64,000 nucleotides of DNA from Hormiphora californensis (taxonomy: Eukaryota > Animalia > Ctenophora), in contig CM035354.1 of the NCBI GenBank assembly GCA_020137815.1, positions 7,626,001-7,690,000 on the forward strand, read 5' to 3'. Positions 34,601 through 48,512 of the stretch are shown one piece after another. Numbering within the stretch: position 1 is the stretch's first letter; each line of letters starts with the position of its first letter. The translations under genes were made by a program, and so were the position numbers. The notes under the pieces were generated by a model that saw only the letters and a list, made by a program, of their open reading frames with translations, was not told the origin of the DNA and did not search any database.

Positions 34601-37600
34601 GAGAGGGCTGATTCTTTGTCAGCAAGTGTGGTCTCTTGCTCTCTTGCTAGATCACTTAGCCGTGCAAGTTCATCAGTGTAGGTCACCGCCTGATCTTTGA
34701 AACTTTGACCCTGATTCTCTAACTGAGCCTGGAGGCTCCCAATCTGTTCGATTAATTCTTCAACTCTACCAGCCGCCTGATCTCTCTCGGTCTGGGTTGT
34801 CTGGAGGATGGTGTTTAGTTCTGTTAGTTTCATACTGAGATCAGCCTTCTCTTCCTCTGTTGTTGTCAGCTTCTGCTGCATCTCTCCAAGAGCTACCTTT
34901 AGCTGCTCTGTTGCGTAGGCATGGCTCTGATTCTCGTAGGTCAGCCTCTCAATCTCTTGTTGGGCCCAGGCGCTGTTAGACCCGCTCTGCTGCTCCAACA
35001 TCCCACCCATTCTGTGTATCTCAGCCTCCAGCTCCTCAATCTTCTCCCAACACTTGTGGATCTCCTCCTTGAGATCCGCGTTTTCAACTTTGATATGATC
35101 TGACTCCTCCTCTACTTCCATCAGGGTAGATTTGTATGTCTGTTCAATTACGAGCAGACTCATCAGTCACATCGATCAGGGCCTGTTTCATCTTCTTATT
35201 CAGGTCCCGTAACATCATCAGTTCACTGTTCTGTTTCTCAAACTTCTCCCTAATCAGACCCATCCTGCTATCCTCCTCTGCAGCAGCATCAATGTGTTCA
35301 CACAGCAGGGCATCCTTGTCCCGTATCTCATCCTCTAGTCTAACCAGACTGTTCTCTAGATCAGCAACATGACCCTCTAACTCCTCCTTCTCACTGACAG
35401 CACTGTTCCTGGCATGGATCTGGAGTTGTAGTTCCTCCATCAGGTTCTCATACTTCTGTTCGACCTGGGTGAGGTAGTTCAACCTAACCTCCATCTCCTC
35501 CACATACTTGGGGTCAATTCGAGTTGTGGGACCTTTAGCTTCCATCTTCTTACCAGAAGAAAGTGTCTTCATCTGACCGGAGATGCTAAGAAGCTCCTTC
35601 TCGATCTGTGATATCTTGTCCTTTACTTTGGCGTGAGCACCACTCCTATCATGCCTCCTTGAGGGCCTCCCTGATCTTAGTCTCCATTCCTCTTAGCCTT
35701 CTGTCGGACAAAGAATGCCACTTTGGTCCGCTTGATCAGCTCAGCCTGGAGAGACTCCACATCCTGGGGCATCTCTCGGGTGTAGGAGGAGCTGAGGTAG
35801 CTGGTATCGTGAGATCGGAGAGAGGCATGGGACACCTCTGAAACGGTATCAAGCTCCTGTGATTGGGGTTTACCGCTCATTCAACCGGACAGTTTCAGCT
35901 TCAGTAAGAACTTGTGATTTCTCAATGAGGCTCTTCTCCCTGGTCGACCACTCTTCTTTTCTCTTCCTCAGCTGGTCGAGCTCTTTAGTTGAGGTCTTAC
36001 AGGTCTCCTGGGCAGTTTGTAGTTCAACCTGGACCCTGGATAATGCTTCTTCAACTGTAGATTTCTCTTGGTTTAGCTGTTCTAGACAGGAACTTCTCTT
36101 CCTCCTGGTCTCGTATCAACTCAGACAGCCTCCCCTCACACTGGGCTCTGGTCTCAGCAAGTAGCTCTCTACTGCTGGCTAGTTGCTCGCTCAGGTCCGC
36201 TACAACCTGTTCGTGATCGGACACATTCCTCTCATACAACAACAACTCGGCTCTCAATCTCTCAACCTCACCAGACTGCAGTTCAGCAGCAGGGAAATGT
36301 ATCTCAGAGGCAGTGGAGGGTATATCAGAAGTAGAGGAGGGTATATCAGGAGCAGCGGGAGAGAGGGAGATGGGAGTTTCTGTGATGACAAGGTTGTCCT
36401 CACCTTGTACCGTGTACACTGCGGAATGCTGGCTTTGTTCCACCTCCGGTAGGGCACTTTCAGAAGGTACATCAGAGCACTCTAACAGTCAGGGTGGAGG
36501 GTGATTGTAGTGATGCAATCTGCTCCTGGAGAGACAATACCTTCTTATCTTGTTCCTGTTTCAGCAGTTTCAACTTCTTCACAATCATGAGGTACTTCTT
36601 ACACTCTGTTGTTTTTGCTGCAAGTGCCTCCTTCAATCCTGAATCGTCCGAGGGTTCTTGCTGGTTCGGTTCAGATATAGATTTCTCTAGGCTGTCCTTC
36701 TCTTCAGCCAGTAAGGAAACCTGAGAGGAGAGGGTGTCTACAGAAGCCTCCAGATCCTCACACCTCTCTTTCATTTCCACCAGTTCTAGACTTTGGGCCT
36801 CACACCTCTCTTTCATTTCAACCAACTCTATACTTTGAGCTTCACACTCTGCCTGCCTAGCTTGCAGTGCCTCGTTCAGGTCGTGTAATTGGTTTTGCTG
36901 TGTCTCAGTTGACTGCTCATTTTGCTCCATTACAACTTGGAGAGCAGCCAACTCCTTCTGTGAAGTCTCTAGTTGGTCCAACAACTTCTCAGCTCTCTCC
37001 TCAAGATCTTTACTTCGTTCACTTTCTGTGAGAAGTTTGGAAGTCATATCCTGAAGTTCATTAGTATACTGTTTCTCTTCTAGCACTAGCAAGTTCCCGC
37101 TCTTCTTCTGATTTAGCTCGGAGATTCCCAAGTTCAGTGATGTGATTCTCGACCTGCACAGACAGTTCATCTCGCTCAGACTGACATTCATCCATCTTGG
37201 TTTCCAGGGTGGACTTCTCATTGTCTCTGTTGTCAATGTATACAGTGAGATGATCAGGAGCACATCTCATAACGGTGACAGCTGTGCCCATATCAAAGGA
37301 GTCAGATGAGAAGTAGTTACAGTCCCAGTTGGTTAGTTTCTGGAATCGGCGGGTAAACATCTCCACTCCCTCAATCAACTCCGAGGGATCCTCAATCTTT
37401 GACATTTCAAAGCTCTCCTCTTTGAGGATTGAAACCTGATCTGTGAGCTGTTGTTCCGATGTTTCCAACTTTGTGACCTGATCCTGAAGCTGGTCCTCCC
37501 TTTCCAACAACTCAGTAATTCTCTCCTCGAGATTCTGATTGGACTCCTGAAGGGTAACAACAACATCGTTACCCTTGCCCTCAGACAACTTCTTCAACTG

Positions 37601-40600
37601 GGCTTCTTTGTCCTTCAACTGCTTCTTCTGCCTTTCCAACACCTTCTTCCCCTGTGTTTTCAGCTTGTGTACAGTTGCCTGCAGCTCACTAATCTCCTCA
37701 TCCTTCGCCCTGTTCTCAGCAGCAACGTCCCCTAAACTGCTCAGCAGCTCCATCTGTTCTGTTACATCAGTACAATGTGAGGAGACCATAGAGAGGCCAG
37801 CTGTGACGTCATCACGGATCACATCACGTGACAATCTTAGTTCTTGGACGGCTGATAGGAGATCCTTTCCAAAGCAATGGGTCTGGTGTTGGAGCTCTGT
37901 AAACCTCCTTTGTAATTCATCTCGATCTCCCACCACCTCACTCTTCTCACTCCTCAACTGCTGACAGATTGCCTCCAGTTCATCTAGTCTCTCTTCAAGA
38001 CTACCAATGTGAGCCAGACTATCCTCCTCCTTGGCTCGGAGAACTGTTGTTCTCTCTTGAAGATCATCAACAAGATTCTGCAGCTCGACATTGACATCTC
38101 TCTGGGAGGAGAGCCTGCTTTCCAGATCTGTCAGAGCATCGGTTTTGTCATGGAGATTGTCCCGAAGATTGTCGATCTCGTTCAGAGCGTTGTCGAGTTG
38201 CTGTTGCTTCAGGTTCAGCTGCACCTGGAGAGGGGATGCCGTCTCACCATCCTGATCTTCATCTCCGCAGCTCAACTGGGAGACTAGAGCATGGTGGTCC
38301 TCAGTTAGCCGCTCATTTTGCTCCTTATATCGAGTATTATCCCTCTCCAAATCCTTGACTTGGGTCCTGAGGTGCTCCAGGGTGGCCATTAGCTCCTCCA
38401 TCTCACCCGAACTGGTGGCCTTCTGATCCTTGTAGGATGAGGACATACTCATCATTTCGGACTCGTATTCCTTCTCCATCCTGCTGAGATCGCACGCTTT
38501 CTCTTTCAGCTGAGTGTTCAGAGATGAAACAGTGAAGTTCAGCTCATCAACGGTCATCTGAAGACGTACGATCTCCTCTCGATCATCTACCAGTTGTCTG
38601 TTCAGCTCACTGACCCTCTGGTTGGCCTCTTTGAGACTGCTCTCCAAGACGCTGTCAAATTTGGGGGCAGGGGAGGTGGGTGTGATGGGCCTGGCACTTA
38701 GATCTGTAATCCGTCCATTCAGCCCGCTGATCTCCTCGTCTCGTATTTTGAGGATTCTCTGGGCCACGGATAGCTGCTCCTCTAGCCCTGCTACGAAGGA
38801 GTCGCTAAAGTCAATGACATCTTTGACGCCCTCAACCTGGCTTTGTTCTATTTGGCTATACAACTCCGCCACCTTCTCTCTATAGCTGCTTTCTTTCTCT
38901 TGACGCATATTAATGTCCTCGCGAAGTCCAGCGATGAGATCGTCCCTGGCTTGGAGACAATCCCTCAGCCGCTCTATTTCCCTGGCGAGGTGCTCCACGC
39001 TATTATCTGGTGGTGTAGAGCATGACATGGCTCGGTCGTGAAGGAGCTCTGCCGTAGTGATCAGGTCGTGGAGTTCGGGGTGGGTGTCCTGGGGGAGGTA
39101 ATGGGTTAGAGGTGGTGTTTTTTATTTAATAATTACTGTTAACTTGATGTCAAACTATCAAACTATCTGACACTATCACTTACGTCTAGAGAGATACGTT
39201 CATCCTCTTCAGTAACACTAGACAATGTTTGCCGGGAACCTCCCTCCTGAAACAATACAGGGTGTTAGAGAAAAATATAGATGATCTTCTCAACACACTC
39301 ATAACGAACACAGCTGTACAGCAGAGTATATAGAGGTAGTCTGACGGTTAAAACATGGAGAGGAGAGGAACTGTTTCATGATCTGTTTGAGGGAGGGTGT
39401 CTCTATTAATGATACGAAGGACAGCCATGCCGAGGTAAGCCCCAGAGAAAGAGTTCAGCGGGGGTGTCTTAGAACCGCTGGACTCACCAAACTCCTACAA
39501 GTATTGGCGTGAGATGTATTCACAAAAGTAGCTAGTTCAATATAAAATGCCCTCATAGCTGCTGCTAGATCGAGACCATGTGGTTGGTTACCGCCTGGCT
39601 CTCCCAAAATCTCCATTTCCTGCAAACACACACAAACACTGATAAATCCAGTCAGTCTGAGTCAGCTAATGTATTTCAGTTAAAGTAAGCAGTGGAGAGA
39701 CTGGGTGGAGTTATAAAGTTAGCAGTCTTGATTCTTGAACAGTCAGCAGTCTGTCTGGAGTCTTGGAGCAGTGTCATGTGAGGGTCAGTATGATATTTTG
39801 GCTGGCTGTGTGCGCAAAGAGCGGCACGTCACCAGCGCGCACAAGACCGCGCGCCATAACGGGGGTCCTTCCATTATACGCGTGTTACTGTCCTGCTAGT
39901 CGTGTTGCGCAGACCCTCCAGGGAGCCGGGGAAAAGAGAGGGACTTTGGTTGTCACAACAACAGATTTTCAAAGGGCAGGAGAGAGGGGTAATTCAGGGT
40001 TGGGACTCTAAATGTCTTGTCAGGTTTGTCTTGTCTGCTTCAAAATACGAACACAATATAAAGCCATGCACATCTTGTTACTGATCAGATGCATGCAAAC
40101 ATGTTCCATGATTGTCAATCACTGATTGAGCTCAGTGTGTGTGTGTGTGTGTGTGTGTGTGTATCTAGTGTTACACGTAGACAATCTACAGTGCACTACA
40201 AAGGGAACCTACTATATCTTAGTTTCCATCTCCACTGACAATAACAAAACACGCACAAGAGAAAAGGAAAAATACAGAATAACCCTATTACTGCTCCAAC
40301 TTCTCTCTCTCTACTCACACTTAGCTGCTCCCATATTCCGGGCTTCAGGCGAGCTACCAGAGTGGGGGAGGGAGGACACGGGGGAAGTAGATTGGAGGAG
40401 CCGGGACGTGGAGAGGCACGCAGTTTGTTGGCTAGTTTCTTCATCGTAGCAGTAGGGTAACATAGCACCACCAGTAATGACTAGACATAGACAGCACTAC
40501 TACCAGGGCTACTAAATTAATTTTGAATTAATATTGAATCAAATATCTAATATAGCAAAAGGCGCAGATGTGTTGAGAGAAAGCTCCAAGTAATTAGCAC

Positions 40601-40922
40601 GACCAGCCACTACCAAATATAGACATTCTCAGACAGACAGAGATTTGCAACTGAAAGATATGTGCAAAGACAGATAGGTGGAGACCAGTGGACTTTATCT
40701 AGACACATGTATAATTTAGAGAGATTATATTTCTAACACAAGAATCATTCCTACAACAAGGTATATTTTAACTTAACTAAACTAAAAACTACATTTTCTA
40801 AGACTGCTATATTCCGCTGTCAACACACCAACTACAACGCAGTATTATGTTGCGACATAACGCAATATAATCTTAGAGGAGTGTATAGTTCTGCAGTGAG
40901 TGAGAGAGAGAGAAAGAGAGGG

Positions 40923-40985
<63 letters not shown>

Positions 40986-41662
40986 GATAGAGAGACTCCT
41001 ACATAATGGTTGACTAAAGAGGCTTCTACAAATATCGAAGCAACATAATGCATAATGGATATTATATATAGCATGAGCGCAATGAAGAAATATAATCTCA
41101 TATCATAGACGGGAGGGTATAATCGACATCTAGATACATCGGTATATTTCAGGACCGTGAGAATTATCAACACCTCAGTCTCACACCAGAAGAGTAGAGG
41201 AAACAACACAAATCGGGCCAGGTGTGTAAATTGTTAGTGCGTCATGTGATGCGGTGACATTATTATAGCGACACTGTCCCTGCCAGAGAGATACAGAGGT
41301 AGATAGATATTTTGATAGGGAGAGATCAGAGAAAGTAATTAAGGTGACCTGGGATCTAACCAAAACAAACACATTACTTTTCAAACTACTATTACTACCA
41401 ATAACCAACCGAGAAGTTCAGCAAACAGAACAAAGACAAGAAGTAAACCGATGACCACAGAAGCAGTTAACACAAAAAGGAGTGCGAGAGAAATAGAGAA
41501 AATAAGGAGAGAGAATTGGAAAAATAGTGAAAATAAGAAGAGAGGTAAAGCGGTGAATTTGTGCAAAAGCAGACATGTGCAATCAAGAGAGGGAGGAGAA
41601 GCAAGTGTGTGTATATTTTAATTGAATTAGCCTGGAAGTGACGTTGTCATGGTAGTTACACT

Positions 41663-41736
<74 letters not shown>

Positions 41737-41764
41737 TGTGTGTGTGTGTGTGTGTGTGAGTGAG

Positions 41765-41840
<76 letters not shown>

Positions 41841-42022
41841 GAGATGGTGTGAGAGATAGTTTGACAAGGAAATGAGAAACAGAGAGTGGAACTAGTGCGG
41901 ATAAGTTAGGGAAGGAATTAGGACACAAGATACGAGCTGAATACAAAGCAACTACACTAACAAGGGATGGTATACACTGCTAGAGTAAAGCGATTGTTCA
42001 GCAGGGAAAGAGAGATAGAGAG

Positions 42023-42093
<71 letters not shown>

Positions 42094-45000
42094 GAGAGAA
42101 AATGTTCGAGGGGGTAATAAAATGAGGCCTTCTTGTTATACCGTATAAGTCTGCAAAATCAGCTGCACACGCATCCCATGTAACAAGGTCAGAAAATTGT
42201 GACAAATGAGGTCTCAATGTATAGTGTTTCACAACTGCTGAAGTCAATGTGGTTTTCAATGATGTGTGCTGTGCGATGTATCCGATATGTGATATATGCC
42301 TGCCTTGCTCGACACTGTTTCACCGCGCCCCGCACGGCGAAACAAATGTGTCAAATGAGGGTTAGAACACAACATGATATGCGATGTACGATGTGAACGT
42401 GTGCTCTACTTCATGACACAAAATAACCATAAACATAAAGCACTTTCAAAACTGCATGCATCTACGAACACAAAAAAGCGTAACATGTAACGAATAAAAA
42501 ATGTGGTTGAAAAGCTGCACACACTACACGGAACATGCGAGGGGGGTACAATGTACATGCAGTGGTGTATAAACCTGGGCAATAAGTTGACGCCATACTG
42601 TCACGGTTTCCCCACACTTTCTCTTCCACTCGGTCAACACACGGCACTCACCGGTACAGCAATCCTACACGCAGAAATATATAATGGGATGTGGAGACAT
42701 GATGGGACATGGAGATTGGAGAAGGATGGGACAATTAGGGAACAATAATTAGGGGACAGGGCTGGAGAAATACACACATGCGGGGAGGTGTGTGTGTTCA
42801 TTCAAGTTCACATTAACATTACATCAGCCAAACAAACAAACAAACAAACAAACAAATATACAAATATACAAACAAACAAACAAACAAACAAACAAACAAA
42901 CAAACAAAGAAACAAACAAACAAACAAACAAACAAACAAACAAACAAACAAACAAACAAACAAACAAACAAACAAACAAAGAGACTCCCACATACCTTAT
43001 GTCCAGTCAGTTCAGATATCTGTTCCCTCAACTCAGCTTCTCTCCTCACACATTCCTCGATCTCTCTCCTCGCCTTCTGCAACTCTGAATGTATCTGTTC
43101 CCCTGCTGCCGCTCCGCTAACCTTCCTCTCCCGGAGCTGCTCTTGCATTAGGGACACAGTCATCATGGCGTCTTCTAGTTCCCTCTCCTTGGAGATTAGT
43201 TCAGATAGGGCACCATCGTTTGAGTTCTGTACACGCTCTGTCAGTACCTCCATGTCTTCACGCGCCTGGGGAGTAAGTGGGGTTATTGGTTAAAGGATGG
43301 ACTAACTTTCTCACGCCTTATCTTTTAATCTCACGAACATATCTCCCTGGAAGCAGATTATAATGACTGGATAGATAATGTGATATTATACCTTGTCTCG
43401 AGCAGCTACTAGATCACTGACACGTGTTATCAGCATTCCATTCTCTACACGGAGTCTCTCCAACTCCTCATCTCCCGTCTCTTCCTCCTGAGGGAATTAT
43501 TAAAGTTGTTAGGTGAGTGTGGTTCCTCCTGAGCAGGGGAGATAGGTTTTAGTAGTTCTTGTACAGATTCAGGAATCATGGGAGTTCAAGTTAGGAGTGG
43601 GTGACAAACTACATGAAATTAGGCAACATCTGATTATAAATACTGTGAATTGTGAACTTTCGTCCTAACATGTGTGTTGTACCTTGACTTCAAAGAGGTT
43701 TTCCTTTATCTTCCTCTGTTTGTCAGCCAGTATTTCAGTAATCTGATTCCTGAGCAGCTCACACTCCTTCAGATAAGTCACTGACACACTCTCTCTCCTT
43801 CATCAATTCAGCTGTTTTGGTCTGGAATTCCTCTTGCAGCTCCTTGAGGTTCTCTGTAAAGGGGGGGGGGAATGAAAATATCATGTACAGCCACACCCCG
43901 ATTTATCAGGATGATTCGGAGGAAAGGATTATGGCCGGTAATTCGGGGTCCGACTGTTACATGTATCTCAATCATTGACCAGTGGACGAGAAACAGATCG
44001 TGTATCTGACAGTGGTCAACTAACCCAGTAGATGGAACTTTTCCTGATTGTTCTCCTTAAGTTCATCAAGCTGATCTCTCAGGATGTCTTTGTGGGCTGC
44101 TTCACTTGCAACTTTACCCAACAACAATCTGTTCTCCTCTTCCAATCTGTGTGTATGGGGGTGTCATATAACAGCAAGTGTTATCATACACGTAACATAA
44201 TGCGGACATCATAATGTCGTGGGATAGTAAAACATTTTGAATCAAGTTCAAGTTACCTGGAGATTATTTCGTTGGTTCCACCATTTTCTGTGAGTGTTGG
44301 TGCCTTCTCAGATTGTAGTGACCTGATCTTAGCCCGAGCATCTGTCAGCTGACACCTCAGCTCGTCCAACTGGGAAGGAGGGGATTAGGGGATTAGGAAC
44401 TATTATGAGGATATGAAACCCCCACGGCCCTCACACACCTCACAGAGTGTGTGCAGACGGTAGAGATAACTGAGATATATAGGTTAGTGTGTGTGTGAGA
44501 GCCAGAGAAACAACGCAGAACACGTGTAAATTGAAGCGTGTACTGCACCACCTGGTCTAACAACACCATTTCAAATTGAGTTGTACCTCGTTTAGCGTAG
44601 ATTTCTCCTTTTGTCGAAGTGAAGTACAGAGCTCGGTTAACCTCGTTACCTGTACCTCGTAGAACTGATCACACGTGGGACTACTGGGAGTCTGGGAGAA
44701 GAAGGGAAGTTAGTGAAGAGGGTGGAATATAAACATACCTGGATATATTTAATCCGAGAAATACTAATATCTCAAGTTAGTGATACCAGTAAGGAATGTG
44801 CATCCTTCCTAGCCCTAAATATATATCTCCTTTGTTTATCTTCACTGCAGTGTGATATCACGGTGCTGAGTGTGTATCACACAACACTGGACCGCCATGT
44901 GCAGTAGCTCACACTGCATATATCAATACTGGACATACCAACATTCAAATGGTTGGAAACTTACAAATTCATGGGGATCGACTCCTCCACTTTGCCTGTC

Positions 45001-45724
45001 CTTCAAATCATCAATTACATGTTGTAGCTGACTGATGGTTGATGATTTTTCGTTCAGAGAGAATGAGATATCACTGATTACATCATCAATCCGCATATCC
45101 TCACTTTGCAGCTTCTCTCTAATCTTTTCCACCTCTTCGCTCACACTCAACTCCTGGAAACAGTGAGTTAGTATTACAACACGTGGCTACTACTATCTGC
45201 AATGCGGATAAAGCATTTGTTGTCAGACCGGGATATTATGTGTGTGTGCTTGCAAGGAGAGAGCGTGTGTGTAAAAATACCTCACTATTCGCTCTCTCCC
45301 GCCCGAGTGAAGAGCCAACGAGATCTCCACTTGGCAGTCTCGTGACATTGTCTTGCTTACACCTGGCCAACTCCCTTTATAACAGCCTTGTAGCAAGCAA
45401 CACTCACAGACAAACAAACAGACACTCACACAAACAAACAGACAGACAAGCAACACTCACAGACTCACAGACACTCACACAGACAAACAAACAAACAGAC
45501 AGACAAGTAACACTCACAAACAAACAGACAGACAAACTACCTGGGATGCACGACTGTGATTCTGAATCTCCCGATCCCGCTCCTCGATTGTCTGAAGTGC
45601 AGCACGTAACTCCTTCTTGAGTGTGATTCAGCAGCTCGCGTGTCTCAGTCAGCTCATCGCTCTCAGGGGGTGCTGCAACCAGGCCCGCAACCCCGCTAGC
45701 CACGTTAGATAACCGGCCCCACAT
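28668..45724 (-). CDS. Giant (>3,500 aa) coiled-coil protein, golgin-like (giantin/GMAP-210-like N-terminus); multi-exon with a ~9.7-kb exon (~39088-29423) broken by several frameshifts
   Basis: Consecutive E/Q/L/K-rich heptad ORFs (39028-37061, 37263-36472, 36443-36051, 35572-35144, 35163-31759, 31843-29273); small upstream exons at 45.15, 44.69, 44.37, 44.15, 43.85, 43.49, 43.27 and 39.25 kb; N-terminus MWGRLSNVASGVAGLV; last exon ~28978-28668. Confidence 0.75.
40900..42100. repeat. Cluster of (GA)n/(GT)n microsatellites (40900-40995, 41668-41835, 42005-42100)
   Basis: Directly visible. Confidence 0.95.
42828..42980. repeat. (CAAA)n microsatellite next to a minus-strand 5' splice site
   Basis: Directly visible. 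Confidence 0.95.
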
Positions 45725-46634
45725 GTCATGCCATTGTTGAACAGTCCATTGCAAACTAGCAGTAGGAAGTAATGAGAACAATATCATATTTGCACGTGCA
45801 GATTGGGTGGGTTGCCAGGCTTATACAGCTGGTGGGTAGAAGGTGGAAACTGCACGTGCGGATTGGAGAAGAAGGATTTTAACTAACGGGCTACCAGATA
45901 CTGGTTTTAAATTAAGTAGTATGCGTCATACACTGAAACGCCCATCACAGGAAACTCCTCTGTATCACTCACAACAATCGCGTGTGACGAGTGATATCGG
46001 CGATTCTCCTACATCATCATCAACATTTGATATTCTAATTTGTAGTCTAAACTATTAGAGTAGTACTTAAATATGTTTAACAAACTGGCTATTCTTCGAA
46101 CTGTCTGGGCTCAGTCACAGAACAGTTGTGCACATGCTCATTTCGTTTGAAGGAGGCTCCCCGCTCCAGTATACACAATGTGTCGCTCTTGAAGGGCAAC
46201 CCGCTGGCCTGTTGGCCATTGTGTCAGCGACTCTTCTCTCATGATATGGCAAGTCTCAGTCTTCTGTGAGTCTCCACTCATGTGTAACCTGCCGTCTCAT
46301 GAGCCCTGGCGAGTTTCTTGGCGGCCTTTGAACTAATTTTAAGGTCGTTACACCAAGACACGACTGAGAATACTGAATTGGGATATATTTCATGTCCCTC
46401 GATAGACAGGCGTGGGCAGGACGGTGTTAAACAGCACTTTTCAAAACACTGTAGGAAAAAACACAGAAACAAGTTTAAAAAAGTTTAAAAAAGCCAAGCG
46501 CAAGCAACGCAACTTCATGTTCAGCTTACGATGCATCTTAAAAATATAAAATGTAACGCGCGATACCATTTTATGTAAACGCTGCATCATAGCGCGCGGC
46601 GCTCAATTTCATTTCACCAGGCCACCTAACCAAA

Positions 46635-46722
46635 ATTTTGAAATTTCAGTTTTTTTGAAATTTCAGTTTTTTTGAAATTTCAGTTTTTGAAATTTCAGTT
46701 TTTTTGAAATTTCAGTTTTTTT
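46635..46722. repeat. (gaaatttcagtttttt)n, about 5 copies, beside a CGCG-rich promoter-like region
   Basis: Directly visible; a related motif recurs at 49105-49155. Confidence 0.8.
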
Positions 46723-47227
46723 GCGTACGAGACTTTCTAACTGCGGAGCTGGACAAAGTGTGCTACGACAGTGTCGTAACGACACTAAGGCTGAACCCCA
46801 CCTACTGGAAGTTAGAGGAGCAAAACTACCACCTGGGACCATTACAGAGGATGGAGCTCGCCTTGACATTCGAACGAGGGGATTCTGGGGACCAATGGAC
46901 TGCACCTATTTTGACGTAAGGGTTTTTAACCCAAGGGCACAGTCTAATGAGACTCAGGATATCCCTCAAACGTATATCAAGCACGAGGAAGGGAAGAAGA
47001 AGAACTATCTACATCGCATTCTCGAGGTGGAAAAAGCTTCTTTTACTCCCCTCGTTATGTCAACGACCGGTGGACTTGGTCAAGAGTTCAGCAGAACTCT
47101 GAAGCAACTCGCAACCAAGAAATCGCGGAAAACTGGCTATACCTACCAGGAATGTATTCGATACCTCCGTGTTCGTCTATCATTTTCAATGGTCCGCTCC
47201 ATAACTTGTTCTATTCGGACCCCATAA
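46723..47227 (+). mobile_element. C-terminal restriction-like endonuclease fragment of an RLE-type (CRE-like) non-LTR retrotransposon
   Basis: EPHL...ARLDIRTRGFW...FDVRVFNP.A.SN...HEE.KK..Y..RI.EVE.ASFTPLV.ST.GG.G...LR.RLSF. No RT domain present. Confidence 0.75.
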
Positions 47228-47392
47228 TCCCCTTACAGCCAGTTGGAGTCCTACAACAACCCCCCCCCCCCCCCCGGTCTCTATGTCTCTCTCTCCCCCT
47301 CTCCGTCTCCGTCTCTTTCCCTGTCCCCTCTCCAATGGATAGTCTCCATCTATCCCCTTCTCTCTTTATCCCTCTAACCCCATCATTCCCTC

Positions 47393-47552
<160 letters not shown>

Positions 47553-47729
47553 CCCCTCATATCGGGCTGGTGAATATAATGGAAGCTGGAATCAGGTGAT
47601 AAAGATCCGTAGAACTGGAGCTGTGTAGAGTTATTAAAGGGAATAGGTAGAGTTGGTAGAAAAGCTGTGGCATTCATCGGGGCCGCAGCAGTAGATGGCC
47701 AAACACCACAAAACACCACAGGAACACGC

Positions 47730-48512
47730 AATACAACACCCAACAACATGCACGTGCAGTATTAACACTCTTGCCCACCATCATGGCAACTCCCCAAACC
47801 CCACCAACCATCCCTAACAACACGCCAATTTTCCACGTGCAAACCCTAAAAACCCCCTCCCCCAAATTTTGTCTTGCACTGTTCTCTGCTTTATAATATA
47901 GACTAGAGAGCCCAGGCAAAAGAACAAAAAACTCTCACACCCTATTGACTCCTCTCAATCCCGATCCCTGGCTCATGCCTACTTTGCTCCCTTTGCACCT
48001 CCGGTCGCGAGATCATACTCCACACCCCCTTCCCCCTGTTGACTCACCTCAGTCCTCACCCCTCTTATCCCTATTGATTCCCCTCGGCCCCTATTGAATC
48101 ATATCGTCCCCTATTCACTTCATCTCACCCTCTATTCACTCCCCTATCACGCCATAAGGAACACTTCCCTAACCCCTCTCTCAATCTGTGATCTGCAGCA
48201 GTTCAGAACCCCACATTTTCCCTCATTTTTCACCATTTCCCCCATTACTCAGTCATATCTCAACCAATTTCAAAATACCAAGGCTCATTAGAAAAATAAT
48301 CTCAAGCTCTTTCAAATCAGCTATTATCCCCCAAATTTATAAAAGCTTTACATTCACACGTGCACTCCCCAAACCCCACCAAACACCCCTAACAACACGC
48401 CAATTTTCCACGTGCAAGCCCTAAAAACCCCCCAAAAAACCAATTGTCTTGCAAGGTTCTCTGCTTTATAATATAGATTACTAGTAGGCCCGTTCGCCCT
48501 ACGGGCGAATTT
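47730..48512 (-). mobile_element. Head-to-tail non-autonomous Helitron array
   Basis: Minus-strand 5' ends TCTATATTATAAAGCAGAGAAC at 48477 and 47902; CTAG 3' ends at 48481 (after hairpin ttcgccc-gta-gggcgaa) and 47903; ~130-bp duplicated 5' segment. Confidence 0.75.

Noticed and set aside
29345-39025. Many plus-strand Ser/Leu-rich ORFs
   Set aside because: Antisense shadows of the coiled-coil exon.
40832-43120. LSLSLS, RERERE and TNKQ ORFs
   Set aside because: Microsatellite translations.
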